A DNA stretch of 64,000 bases, from contig CM060731.1 of the NCBI GenBank assembly GCA_030704615.1, positions 27,218,001 through 27,282,000 on the forward strand, in the 5' to 3' direction. A program made the position numbers and the translations under genes. Positions 24,819 through 37,475 of this stretch are shown piece by piece (position 1 is the stretch's first letter; the number at the start of each line of letters is the position of its first letter). Below the pieces are notes generated by a model. That model was not told where the DNA came from and searched no databases. It saw nothing but the letters and a program-made list of their open reading frames with translations. Origin of the DNA: Takakia lepidozioides. Lineage: Eukaryota; Plantae; Bryophyta.

Positions 24819-27274
24819 CTAAGGGACATCCAAATCGTGTAAGTATGTTCTCGTACAGGAACCTTGCTGTGGACTTGGCTGTGTGTTGTCCCTCAAAGCT
24901 TTAGCTTCCACCCACTTTGTAGTATAATCAGTGGCTGTAATTATGTACTTGTTTTGTGTATTCTTGGATGGTGGATTAATTGGTCCAACAAAGTCTAGTC
25001 CCCATTTCTGAAATGGTTCCGTAGGCATTGTAGGATGCAAGGCCATTCTTCCAGATCTCTGCAAAGGTCCTAGCCTCTGACATTCATCACACTTCTGACA
25101 ATACTCATGTACATCTTTGAACAAAGTAGGCCACCAGTATCCTGCGAGTAGTATCTTTCTACTGGTAGTCTCTTCTCCAAAATGACCTCCAGCCACTCCT
25201 TTATGAACTTCCTCCAAGACTTTATTTACTTCATGGTGGTACAAGCATCGTTTTAGTACTCCGTCAGGTCCTAACTTATACATTCTGCTTCCTACCATAG
25301 TATAAGGTAAAGCTCTGATAGCAATTCTCTTCCTCTGCTCCTTACCATAACTAGGTGGGCACTGACCATGAACAAGGTAGTATCTGATTGGCCACTGCCA
25401 ATCTAACCATTCATCTGCACTTCCTTGCACCTCCATTACAAATAAACTCGCATCAGGTAACTGATCGTCCACTCCTGTGGCGGCCTCTCCTGTTGTTAGT
25501 CGTGACAAATGATCTGCCACAAGATGCAAACGGCCAGGCTTGTAAATAACCTCGAACTCAAACTCATGCAAGATTATTAACCACCTCGCTATCCTTCCAC
25601 TTATCAAAGGTTTGTTCACCAGATATATCAGAGCCTGGTGATCCACATAAAACATAAACTTTCTTCCCAATAGGTAATGCCTGAATTTCTTCACTGCATA
25701 GATCATTGCCAATGCTTCTCTTTCCGTTGTGCTATAGTTCCTCTCAGCACTGTTCATCAACCGGCTAGCATAGTACACAGGTGAATCTATATTCCCTGTA
25801 ACATTCTGGGCTAACACCGCTCCCAACGCTTCTCCTGATGCATCGCAGTGAACATGAAATATTACATGCCAGTGAGGGTTAATCAGCACAGGTGTAGTTG
25901 TTACTGACAGTGTAAGTTCCTCAAACGCCTGTTGACATTCAGCTGTCCATGCAAACACTGCATCTTTCTTCAGAAGCTTGCTCAATGGTGCTGCTATTTG
26001 TGCATACCTTTTGACAAATCTTCTGTAATAACTGGTTTGCCCATTCACAAACCAAGTCTTCTGTAAACCGGGTGCTGGTACTGCAGCCAGCTTTTTCATC
26101 ATCAATTCCATCTTCTCCATATACTCTTCAACAGTTTCATGCTTCTTCTGCTTCAGCTGTTGTAAACTTCCATACACTTCATCCTCAGTTTTACTTGTCC
26201 TGAACCTATTTCGAAATGCTGTATTCAAGCCATTCCAGGTTAGGAAATGATTATCAGGGAATCTTGCATACCATTCACTTGCTTTCTTGATAAGTGAACA
26301 AGGAAACAGTCTCATCTTGGCATCATCGCCATTCTCATTGTTCACTATACACATGTGCTCAAATTGGCTAATGTGTACATCGGGATCCCCTTTTCCTGAA
26401 TATATTGGAAAGGGTGGTTTTGCCCGTGTTGGTTGTAACGCCATCTGTGGCCCTACCTTCTGTCCACTGACAGGTGCTGGCACCCTTGCTGGTGCTGGTC
26501 CTTCTGGACCTGTTGTTTTTGTGGTGGATCTTCCACCAAGTGGTGGCCCTTGAGCACTCCCTGCTTCTGGCCCCACGATATTCACAGTATTCCCAGCTTC
26601 AGTTGCACTACTTCCCACACTCCCTGTCCCCCAGAGCCAGATCCAGGCAGCCCGCCTGATCCCCCTGAGCCGACACCTTCGTTGGCCTGTGATCCAAGTG
26701 CTCCACTTGATCCAGGTCCAACGGGTTGGGATGTCCTGGTTGTAGTCTCAACCTCAGCTGTTGGGTCTACTTCTTCATATTCTTCCTCTTCCAATTTCTT
26801 CTCTCTGTTTTCATCCTCCAAGTTCTGCCCTTGGGTTTCTTCTTCACTCATGTAACTCAACTGTAATGGTGTTGGAGAGTCTGAACTCTCCGTTGGCTCT
26901 GCCACATCCTCATCTCCTTCTTCATCTTCTGCTTCAGAAACTGGAGTTCCTGCTTTTGGTGTTCCATGCCAACTCTTATCAAAGATTTCTGTCAAGTCTT
27001 TTATCCAAGGATGTACCTCAGATCTTTCACCTCGTGATTGATCTTCTTCCTGTACCAATTCCCTTAATCTTTCTTGCAAAGAAACAGAAGGAGTGGCATC
27101 CAACTCTAGTTCTTCCGGTATAGGTGATGCACTTTTTGATCTTGATGGTGTGAGAGGTCCAGATGATTCCCCTATGTCTATTCCTCTCTCCCAAAGATAT
27201 GGATAATTAGCTTTCAGATAGCTTTCTCTTTTTGATGAATATCTTTGTCGTCTAGCTTCTCTTTCATCACTCAT
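24819..27274 (-). pseudogene. gag fused in frame to RT-thumb/RNase H/integrase N-terminus (PR and RT core deleted)
   Basis: Capsid-like ..WFVNG joined directly to [10 protein letters not shown]; [18 protein letters not shown] motif, WGLDFVGP; gag N-terminus in 26582-27274. Confidence 0.85.
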
Positions 27275-27295
27275 GTCCCATGTCTTTCATTTCTT

Positions 27296-27991
27296 TTAAT
27301 GTGGCAATAACCAAAACTCTCTTCTGTAATATCTCTCGTATATGCCTGGATTTCTTTCAAGCTTCAATGCACCCTTGGCTATACTTGAAGTCTCCGTTAC
27401 CATATAACCATATGGCAAACAAGTCTGAAAAGCTGTTCTTGGTGTGAGTTTGATCCACAAAATATCCTTTGGAATCCAATTCTTTACCAGTACAAGCTCT
27501 TCATGCATATGAGTATAAACATTCACCTTTCTTTCTTCCCAACCTTCAAACTCTACTCGTTTAATGGCTAGCAACGCTATCACATAAACTAATGTTGGTA
27601 ACCAACGTGCTCTTCCTCTACAGGCTACCTGATAAATCTTTATCACTCCTTTCTCCAGACCCCATTCTGGATCAGCATCATGCACTCGTTTAAGAATATT
27701 TTCTTTACATCCGTCTGGCAATTCCAAGAACCTTTGAAAGAATTGTTTGGACAATCTTTCTTCCTTCGTTCCACAGGGAATTTGATTCACTTCAAACTCT
27801 TTAATGGTCCAACCACCATGATCCCACCAGATGCCTGTCACATCTGGTTGTTCATGTCCCAGGTCCCCAGTATGGTCGCCAAATGTCGCGCGGCTTTTAC
27901 TCACCCATCCCTTCGCTATCCGAGGCGGAAACTCCAAGATAGAAGAGTTGGAAATCTCTAAGTACTCAGCCCGCGCAGAACAATCAGTCAT
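27296..27991 (-). CDS. Family A upstream extra ORF between 5' LTR and gag (unknown)
   Basis: 231-aa ORF; homolog at 12762-13073 in the diverged copy. Confidence 0.55.
   Translation of the reverse strand: MTDCSARAEYLEISNSSILEFPPRIAKGWVSKSRATFGDHTGDLGHEQPDVTGIWWDHGGWTIKEFEVNQIPCGTKEERLSKQFFQRFLELPDGCKENILKRVHDADPEWGLEKGVIKIYQVACRGRARWLPTLVYVIALLAIKRVEFEGWEERKVNVYTHMHEELVLVKNWIPKDILWIKLTPRTAFQTCLPYGYMVTETSSIAKGALKLERNPGIYERYYRREFWLLPH
27864..27881 (-). other. Primer-binding site TGGCGACCATACTGGGGA (probably tRNA-Arg)
   Basis: 2 nt inside the 5' LTR end; TGGCGAC-type PBS as in Tat/Ogre-like elements. Confidence 0.75.
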
Positions 27992-29023
27992 GACCTACAG
28001 CTAGTGTATCATGGGGGTGTTTCCTATTTGTTTCCTTTTCCGCATTCATCTTAGCTACCTTACCATTGATAATTAAGTATCAGTTTGCTTCATCAATTTA
28101 TCGGTTTCCTTAACTCCTCCATTCAATCCACAGCTTCACTCAGATCTCTCTACACAGTGTGATTGTATCGTATAAGTATCAGATTATGATTTATCAGGTA
28201 TCAGGCCGAAGCCATTGTGTCTCTATTCTCCTCTACAATATCCCTACAGCTTTGCATCTAACAAGCATCTACTAATCCTCTTTCCTCCTTCATCGTGCTC
28301 TCCGATCTCCGCTCCCGCCTGACTCCGAAGTCCTCCCCGAATAATGATCCCCTTCCTATTCCCCGTTCTTCCCTTTATCCTCCTATCCGCGGTTCTAACC
28401 GTTTCCCTCTCTAACCGTCGTATGTGAACTAACATGTTCCCTTCACTGGTGTTGTTCCCCACAGTCGTTCCCTGTCCTACTCTGCGTTCCCTATTATCGT
28501 GACAGCTGTGTCAAGCGGTGACTGGCTGTGTTTGGCTGTGTCGGGCTGTGCCGGGCTGTGACTGGCTGTGTGGGCTGTGTCTGCTGTGACGACTGTGACG
28601 GGCTGTGTGGGCTGTGTGGGCTGTGACGACTGTGACGGCTGTGTGGGCTGTGACGACTGTGACGGGCTGTGTTGGCTGTGTGGGCTGTGACGGCTGTGTG
28701 GGCTGTGTGGGCTGTGACGACTGTGACGGCTGTGTGGGCTGTGACGACTGTGACGGGCTGTGTTGGCTGTGTGGGTTGTGACGACGACTGTGACGGCTGT
28801 GTTGGCTGTGTGGGCTGTGACGGCTGTGTCGGCTGTGTGGGCTGTGACGACTGTGACGGCTGTGTGGGCTGTGACTGCTGTGTCGGCTGTGTGGGCTATG
28901 TAACCCCCCTCTACAGTGCGCTGCTGTCACCCCTAAGGTTCCTGTTTGTCTCAGTCTGTGCAAAAATTAAGGGTACCCTACAGATCCCGTATAAGTGTCT
29001 AAGTCTCCTACAGTCCTCTAACA
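27884..29023 (-). repeat. 5' LTR of family A element
   Basis: Direct repeat of 18300-19471, followed by PBS. Confidence 0.95.
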
Positions 29024-30390
29024 CTCGTGACCAAAGATCGTTGAGGCATTCTGTTGAACATTTGGTGAGCATCAATGATGCTCCCGCACATAACATACAT
29101 GTTGACAAGGGTGTTGAGTAGAAAAACATTTGACGTGAATCCACTTTGGATGATGTGAGTATGCACCTGTTTTCCAGCTTCCAGACCTTCCATCTTGATG
29201 CACTTAGGCAAGAGACAGACATACATATCTGAATTTGCTGAACTGCCTCCTTGGTTTAGAGTCTGTAGAGCCTCTGTCAGGCTGTCGCACAAAGTATCTT
29301 CACATGCCCAGAAGTGCCAGAAGAGGCATTGTGGACTCCCTCTCTTGATCCTCTTTCAGAAGCTGTGGTCATGGTTGAGGTGTCTGATTTTATCAACTGT
29401 GTCGCTGCAGCTGCTGCCTTTAGTTGACCATCTACCCATGCAGGTTTCTTGTAGCTACTGACCCCCACATGGAATCAAGGTAATCTGGAGCTTGAAGTCT
29501 AGCCTTCTTGGATGAATCTGGACCCACACTCTATCCATGCTCATTCAGGGAAAAACAGGGAAAAACTCTGATAACAGGGAAAAACAGGCTGAAATGTGTT
29601 GAAGAAGGTACCTTCATGAGCGGCGCCTTGTTCTATCAAATGCACTGGTGCCGCTGCTGTTTCTAGTTGACCATCTACCCACGCAGCTTTCTTGTAGCTA
29701 TTGATCCCAGGGAATCAGAAGTAATCTTGTGTTTAAAATCGACCTCTTGGATGAATCGTGTTCCACGACACCACCTCCTTCAGCCATAGTGTTGAACACT
29801 CCCTCCGCATCCTCAATGCTCCCACAATGGCATACATGTCCACAAGGGTATTGTTCATAATCACATCTGGTACAATTCCAGCTTTGGTGATGCAACCATG
29901 CACCTCTTTGCCCTTTTCCAGGGCTGCAGGCTTGCACACGCACTGCAAACGCACACAAACATGATGTGGTGAAGCTTCACCCCTTCCCCCATCATCTACT
30001 TTCAGGTCTCCAAAGCCCCATCTCGCGCTCCTATTATGCACACCTTACAAGCATCGCGTTCCACGACACCACATCTCATTCAGCCATAGTGTTGAACACT
30101 CCCTTGGCATCCTCATTGCTCCCACATTTGGCATATATGGCCACCAGAGTAATGTTCAGGATGACATCTGGTACAATTGCAGATTTGATGATGTCACCAG
30201 GGATCTCTTTGCCCTTTTCCAGGGCTGCCATACGCACCGCAAACGCACACAAACGTTATGTCGGCGGCCTTCACCCCTTCCCCCATCATTTGCTCAAAGG
30301 TTGAGGACTGATCCCTTGGCATCCTCGATGCACCCACATTTGGCATACATGTCCACCAGGGCAGGGGCAATGCTCAGAATGACATCTGGT
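29024..30390 (-). pseudogene. PLS-class PPR gene fragments (5' portion and duplicated PPR units)
   Basis: YVCLL..GKQVHTHIIQSG..NTLVNMYVMCGS; GKEVHGCITKAGIVPDVIMNNTLVDMY; several frameshifts. Confidence 0.85.
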
Positions 30391-32439
30391 AATCTGATAG
30401 GCATTCACCTCTTTGCCTCGTTTGTCCCACCATTGTCTGGGGTCAGAAAAATATTCATTCCACAGCTTCTCCTCGTCTCTGTTACCTGTTTCTGGATACT
30501 CTCATGTTGTCACATTAGCAGACGTATCATCCAAACTATCCTAGATTCACTCAACCAGCTAACTTGCAGAATTCAACATGAAAATTTAGGGCCGATTCTG
30601 ATGGGAGGGGAAAACAGGGTGGAATGTGTTGAAGAAGGTGCCTTCATCAGCATTGCCTAATTTTATCAATTGTGCCGCTGCTACTGCGGCTTCAAGTTGA
30701 TCATCTACCCATGCAGGTTTCTTGTATCTATCCTTCCACAGGGAATCATAGGTAATCTGGAGCTTGAAATTTGGAGCTTGTCCTTGACCTTGTGTCACGA
30801 CCCATGGAGGATTTGACCGACCATCAACCCAAAATGACCTCTTGTGTGTGCTGCTTGTGTCTGGTAGTCAGATAATGTCGGATTGGTCTGTGAGAACCAC
30901 CACGGTGTAGCTGAGCATGCAGAGATTGAAACACGGCCTGCTAAGACCAAACTGACTTCTCCCAAGAACCTTGTGTTAAACATTAGGAAGAATACCAAAT
31001 CAGGGTACTAACAGGAGGCAAGAGCCCACATTTGGAGGATGAACAAACTTCTTCACATCGTACCTTAAGAAAACGCGACACCTTGTGATTGCAGTTGTCC
31101 CACAATCGTGAATGATATGCTCCGTGCTGCAAATTTAGGGCCGAGTCTGATGAGAGGGCAAAACAGGCTGAAATAGGTTGAAGAAGAAGGTGCCCTCACC
31201 ACGTTTGTCCTTGACATTGTGTCATGACCCATGGAGGATTTGACTTCCCATCAACCCAAAAGGACCTCTCTTCTGTGTGCTGCTGGTGTCTGTAGTCAAG
31301 TAATGTCGGATTGGTCTTTGAGAACCACCACGGTGCAGCTGAGCAGGCAAAGATTGAAACGACCTGCTAAGACCAAGTTGACTCTCCAAGAACGCGGAGA
31401 GGAGGGGAGAGGAGAGGCGAGGAGAGGAGGGGAGGAAGAAGAGAGCCCGCGGGAGGGAAGGGGAGAAAGATCGCGGGGAGAAAGAAAAGAAAAAACAAAC
31501 AAAAAGAATGATTCCATGATTTGATCCCGCGGTATATCACGACCTGAATCCTTACCACTAGACTACCCCTTAAAACTTAACAACACCCTCCTGTAATATT
31601 ATATTTAAGGTGTTTTAAACCCCCCTATGTATGTATAATGTTGTACATGGGGGGGTTTAAAATACCCCCTCCTGTGCACGCACGTGGCTGGTACATACCG
31701 GCTGGAGTGCACCCCCTAGGCCATAGATATCCTTCTTAGCTGGCATCACCGTTGCCGAGGCATACTCCCCGCCTGACAACTCCACCAATCCAGCTTCGAA
31801 TAACTCCATAGTCCGTGACTGGATCAAAAACCTCTCCATGTCACTATACCTGTAGGGCCTTCGAAAAATTGGCGTATCACTTGCCAAATCAATACGAATC
31901 TTCTAGCCCTTTGAACTCCCCAAATCCTTCAAACCGAAGGCAAAGCAAACCGCGGGATCCTCCGTCTCTCTCCTCCGGTGACTGTAGGTCCAATACATGG
32001 TTCCCAATTGTCCTCAGTGACTACAACCTTGGGTACACCAGGCTTGGAGGTAGGAGACGCATCCTTTGGTTGCTAGATAGCAACTCTTTGGGCCTTGTCT
32101 GCCCACCCTGACTGTGGCGTAGCCTCCACTTGCTCCGCCATAGCCACCTTGAGAACATCCTCTGAGCAAGAAACATTCTCAACCTCTTCAAAAACCTTAG
32201 CCACCTTGGCCTCCAACTGATCCTCAGTGTATGGCTCTCCCCACTCCTCATACTGCTGCTTGAGAGATCCAATGACTCTCTCTTTGCGCATCTCATCCCA
32301 CATCTGCCATATGTGCTTGCATCCCACGATCATGTGCTCGCCCCCACTCACTACCTCCACCGTCCCGATAGGCAGAGAGGGTGCAATATTCAATGGAAGT
32401 GCAGAAGTAGCCACCAATGCTTACAATCTCCGTTGCTTA

Positions 32440-33410
32440 GCCATGCACAAGCCAATAACCCACGTCAAGTAATTGAGATCCATTGCCTGACCCAGCATCT
32501 GGTGTCGTGATGCCTCTGACAGAGCTGGCACAACTGTAGTGCCCGTGGCAAACCCCATTGCCCACTCTCGCTCATCCGCACTAGGCTCCACCAATTGCTG
32601 TAGCACATTGTCCCAAATCAACCCTGGACCATTGTCTCAAAAAACATGAGACGAGGGAAAACTCATGAGGGTAGGTAAGGCCGCACGTGGTTGCCCCACT
32701 CGATTGACCACCACCAAAGGTGGACGATCATCATGTCGCACCCTCTGTGGTTGCCTCCCTTGGTCCAAGATGCCCTCAACCGTGAGATTGGGTGGCCGTT
32801 GAATGGAATCATAGGCTCTCTTGAGCAACTCTGGTGGTGCAAGATTGGTCCACCACAACCTAGGCCTATGTGCCCGTGAACCCACTGCAGCTGCATCCAA
32901 CAATATAGCTGGTCCAATCCATGACCGGATTTGATATACACTGGCCATAACCCTGGTCCGAGAATCCCTCATGAGAGGAACATTCTCCAGGATGTAAGCT
33001 GGAGGTTGCACTTGCCTCACCTGCAAGTCACGCAACACTCGCAGCATCTCCCAAAACAGATGCGATCGTGCATCTTGCAAACCATTACCATGACCTGCGG
33101 GTGAATGTCCTTGGCAAGACCACCCTCCTATCACCAAGTCAATGGGATCATGCCAATCTAAATCCTCCGCCCCCAGCATGGTAATGTCTGCTGGCAAGGT
33201 CTTTTGGTACCATTGAATTGCTGAAAGAGGCAACAACTTAGGATACTCATGTGTGAGCAAGGCAACATGGCGCATGGAAACATGCCGAGCAATCTCATCC
33301 TTCTCCATATACAAAGTACTTGCGTACTTTGATTTCTGCTTGCAACACTCCTGCAAGCCCAGTGCTCATGCCTCCAAACAGGTCTAGCAAATAAATGCCT
33401 AAGTCAGGTT
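32440..33410 (-). pseudogene. DNMT3-like C5 cytosine methyltransferase domain of family B copy 1
   Basis: LLDLFGGMSTG (I), DLVIGGWSCQG (IV), YILENV (VI), HRPRLWWTN (VIII), LGQAMD (X). Confidence 0.85.
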
Positions 33411-33740
33411 GTTGCCAGATAATAAACACTGTGTCCAATGGAGCTAACTGAGGAGGTCTAGGTAATGTCACCGAACTCCCCTCACCCACCGATGGAAATA
33501 TCTCATGCCATGCTTGCTGCACACACTGGCTTGCCACTCGCTGCAAATCCCCAACTGTACCCCATAGTGAGCTATGCACAGGCATATGAAGAAACAACTC
33601 AGTCTTGTATGCCAATTGTTTGTCCTCATCAGGTGGTGGCCTATCATCTGCATGGTTATTGCCCTCCAAGAGCTCACCACCCTAAGCCACCACACCTGAG
33701 AATGCAGCCAATGTTGGCATCATGTTCTTATGATCCACCG

Positions 33741-36302
33741 CTACATTCCCAATAAACCGCACTGGAGCAGTGCACTTCGGCCATCTCGTGACTGCCACTC
33801 CGGCCTGTAGGATGTCGTTTCCTCCCAAAAGTCCAAAGTAAATCCCATTGGGTATAACACAGCCCCACCAACAAGCACATCATAGGACATCGCGTCCGTA
33901 ACAATGGCTTTAGCTCTCATGACTGAGCCCTCCGTAGGATGATCTGGCTGCAATCGAATGAAGAGCTCATGGCGTGTAATCCCTCGCACCTTCTCTGAAC
34001 CACCCAAAGATGTTTGAATTTGGAAAGGGCAAGATTCCAAGTCCGCCTCTGTAAGGCCCAAGCCTGCAATTGCTGCTCTCCCCAACATCAATGGTTGTGC
34101 TCCCGAGTCCAACAAGACCCGCAGTGGCCTATACCTCCACCTGGTTGGGCCACCCAATTGAAACACTCCATCCTGATTTTCCACCATGACTACCCTAGGA
34201 GTCACCATGCTGCGTTCAATGGTTGGCCTAGCTGGCAACTCCTGCAACCTTGCAGCTGCCGCTTTGCCATGGCACAGCTGTGACTGACTTCACCCTAGAC
34301 TGCATCTTATCTGCTATCCCCGCAGATAGTGCCGATGCATCACTGCTCTCACAGAGTCTAGCTGCTAGTCTGAACACAGCAGCTGGTCGAATCCTCGGCA
34401 TTGCAATTGTCATTGCAGAAAACAATGGAGCTTGACAAACTGCCGTAGCCGCCCCCAACAATGTACTGGCTGCACCTTGCTTTGCAGCACCACCCACTGG
34501 CATTTCCGGAGCCACACCAACTCTCGCCAATGACACTCGTGGCTCTACCTCTGACAAACCTGGGCGAGCGGGTGTCAATGATGGCGTAGGCAGTGGCACT
34601 ATCTCAGCCAATGTAAAAGACTATGGAAGCCTTGTCTGACGACTTGTTTCCCCCCTCTGTGGATCAAAATCCACATCCGCTCCTCTTGGCTCAGAAGCAC
34701 GCATTGTTGCTCGAGTGACAGCAGCAGCAGAGTCCAATATACGCAATGGCCCTTCAAGTGCGGCTCCACACATGAAGCCCATACCAATCTAGTCTTCCCT
34801 AGGCATATGAGGTTGTGCATGTGGGGCTTGAACCTCAAGCCTTGGAGCTGGCGCAACATGAGTAGTGGCCATGGCAACAAGACGTTGCTCTAGTTGGGCA
34901 AGTCTATCCACCATGCCTTGGCTCATGACCTTGACCCTGACCTTGTGCTCATTGGTTTTGCTTACAACCTCCACCCCAACCTCTGCCTCCTCTACCTCTC
35001 TGGACTACATTGCCTCATCTTCGGCCACCATTGTTCCCTTGGAACTAGCCTGGCCATAGCTCAGGATGCACGTCATAACAATGGGCCTCCTCATGCCCAT
35101 ACTTGCCACAATGCCCACACTGTAATTGTGTAGGTTGTGCCTGTGTTGGCCCTTTGCCTCTCTCCGGGCAATCCTTCTTAACATGAGGTCCTCCACAATC
35201 TCAACAAGTCACACCCAATTGTTGTTGGCCTGGGAATGAAGGAAGAAACCTTTGCATCTGAGATCCTCTCTGTCCTTCCCTGGGCTTCGCCTGAGCTCCC
35301 TTATTGGCTTGAACACGTTGGGGTAGTGGTTGTTGTTGGCTAGGAACCCCACTTCGTTGTGTCTCCTTGCCAAACCCCCACCATAACCATCCGCTCCTCC
35401 ACCATATTGAGTTCTATCCGCTCTGCTAGCAAAAACACATTTGCTAAGGTAGATTGGTTCACTTGTAGGAGAGTTGCATCCCGCACCCTTCTCCTCAGCT
35501 CTTTGTCCAATATCCCATACCAGAATTGGACTACCTGAGCTTCCGTGACCCCTTGGGTTACATTTATTAAGCGCCTCATACGAGTGTAAGCCTCCCTCAA
35601 TCTCTCAGTAGGCCTCCGTTGGAACTCTTGCAAGCTCCGCAACTTCTCTGTCTTTATCCCTTGGTAGTTTCTCCTCAACTCCTCGAAGAACTCCACAACT
35701 GGGCTAAAGGCAGGCACGGGTGCTGGGACTGAAGCAGGAGCTTGAGTGGATTTCCCAACTCTTATACCACTTGTCCCACTACTAATGTTTGCAGTTGGAG
35801 ATGTTAGTGTAGCTGCTGGTGTCGCCGCTGCCCTTGTACCTCTAGTGATGGAGACATAGTCAGGTGACCAATACTCTCGCCACTCCTCAATTTCCACCTC
35901 ATATCCCCGCCTAAACTCATGGTAGTCATCCATGGGCGGCCCCTCAAGGTGCTGAAACAACCCCTTCCACGCCATAAAAAGCATAAACAGTTGTGGATTG
36001 CGCATCTGCTGCAAATCACACCAACTATCAAACTCCTGTATGAAATCATCAAGCTCGATGGTGCCTACAGCTCCAAAGTACCAACGTGGCCCCTTGGTAG
36101 CTCCATACATTTCCTCCATCGTGTCCCACAACAATGGCAAAGAAATAGCTTGCACCTGCGGCGTGGATCTCTCAGAGTCTGAATTAGAACCCTCCTCAGA
36201 AGACACAGAAGGTGAAGGTGGCCTAAACCGCACACCTCGTCTCGTGTACCCACTAGTATCGCTAGCGCTTGTACCGGCACTTCCCTCAGCAACTAGTGGC
36301 AC
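33741..36302 (-). pseudogene. Family B copy 1 gag and aspartic protease
   Basis: VLLDSGA protease motif; gag ORF 35340-36302 homologous to 53530-54220. Confidence 0.8.
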
Positions 36303-37199
36303 CTCCGTGATGAAAACTCACAACCCAACCGGTTATCAACCTGTCTCTAATCCCCACTTTCCACAAGGTAACCGGGTACAGAACCTGTTGCGGCTGGTGG
36401 TTCAAGTAGGAATACTAGGTTTCTAACTTAGACCTTTAACTGCACTTGCATCCACCGCAAGCACTCCTATGTCTGCTGGTCATCAACCCAGCCTCACCAT
36501 AAGAGAATCAATGATGGTCTGAGTGGTCATCACCCCAGCCTCACCACCGACAGCACGCTCTAGGATTGGCCGGTGATCAAATCCAGACCAACCTCCTATG
36601 AAAACAAACACCCACACAAAACTAACATGGCGCACAGTCAAGCATGCAGGTATGGAGGGGATCCAAACACAAGAAAATCAAAACAGTAACTCCCCCACAC
36701 CAAAAACACTCCATAGTGTCGCTCCAGCAAGACACCCCAGCCCAAACCCGGACTGACTCTTGCCCCCACCTACGGAAAGGTTTTGGCCTACAGAGGGGGT
36801 GAGAGACTACAGGGAAGAGAGACTAAAGCAATTCCTATCCCAGCATGCTCTCCTCCCACTACCCTATCTCCACACTATCTTGCTTAAGCAACAGACAAGA
36901 CTATCCTTCAAGGATCTCTCAAACAACTCTCTAAGAGCTCTCAAGATGTCTCTCAAACAATCTCATTAAGGCTTCCAAAGATTGCACCATTGGACTCCAA
37001 ACAGTCCACCAAAGCCCCAAGAGCCTGCAAAGTCTTGGCCCTCAAAGACCCCAAATAGTCCTTTAACAAGTCACCAATGACTCCTCAAGCTCGCCGACAT
37101 ATTGGCCTCCAAGGACCCCAAACAGCGCTCCAAATAGCCCTCCAAAGGCTCCAAAAACTTGCCAAATATTGGCCTTCAAAGATCCCAAATGGTCCTAGA

Positions 37200-37475
37200 C
37201 ATGTCACCACATATTTCAGTAGATTTTGTAAATGGTATTGGATAGACCTGCAAATGACCCATATTGAGCAGGCAGTCAAGAACCCCTAGATGTCGTGTCA
37301 CACTGTTCGGTTCCATTTGAAGAGTTTGTTCATAGCATGTGAGTGCTTCTCCCCAGTTCCCTGCCTTCTCATTGATGAGTATTTGGTTCTGAAGGCTTGC
37401 AGGTTTGCAAAGACGCGAGAGCCCTGAAAGCCCGTCAGGCTCCTCCAATCCACTGTAAATCTCCAGCAGAAAGGT
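37200..37475 (-). pseudogene. ATR: Captured fragment of host ATR kinase (FAT-region exon part plus start of intron)
   Basis: FLLEIYSGLEEPDGLSGL..QILINEKAGNWGEALTCYEQTLQMEPNSVTRHLGVLDCLLNMGHLQ, then GT donor at 37247; recognised from memory of plant ATR. Confidence 0.75.

Larger units (their letters stand above)
18300..29023 (-). mobile_element. Complete family A gypsy (Athila/Tat-like non-chromovirus) with PR/RT deleted and extra 5' and 3' ORFs
   Basis: LTRs 18300-19471 and 27884-29023; TSD CTCGT (18295-18299 / 29024-29028); PBS; PPT ~19474-19487. Confidence 0.95.
16801..31720. mobile_element. Non-autonomous TIR DNA transposon (hAT-like Pack element, ~4.2 kb without the nested LTR element) carrying PPR-DYW sequence
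   Basis: Perfect 16-bp TIR CCTAGGGGGTGCACTC (16801-16816 / 31705-31720); 8-bp TSD CCATAGAT (16793-16800 / 31721-31728); flanks rejoin into contiguous RT sequence. Confidence 0.9.

Noticed and set aside
17461-30390. Functional PPR-DYW gene
   Set aside because: Frameshifts, missing E/PG-box region and a 10.7-kb LTR insertion
31520-31570. tRNA-like TAGTCTAGTGGTAAGGATTC on the minus strand
   Set aside because: Too short and degenerate to call
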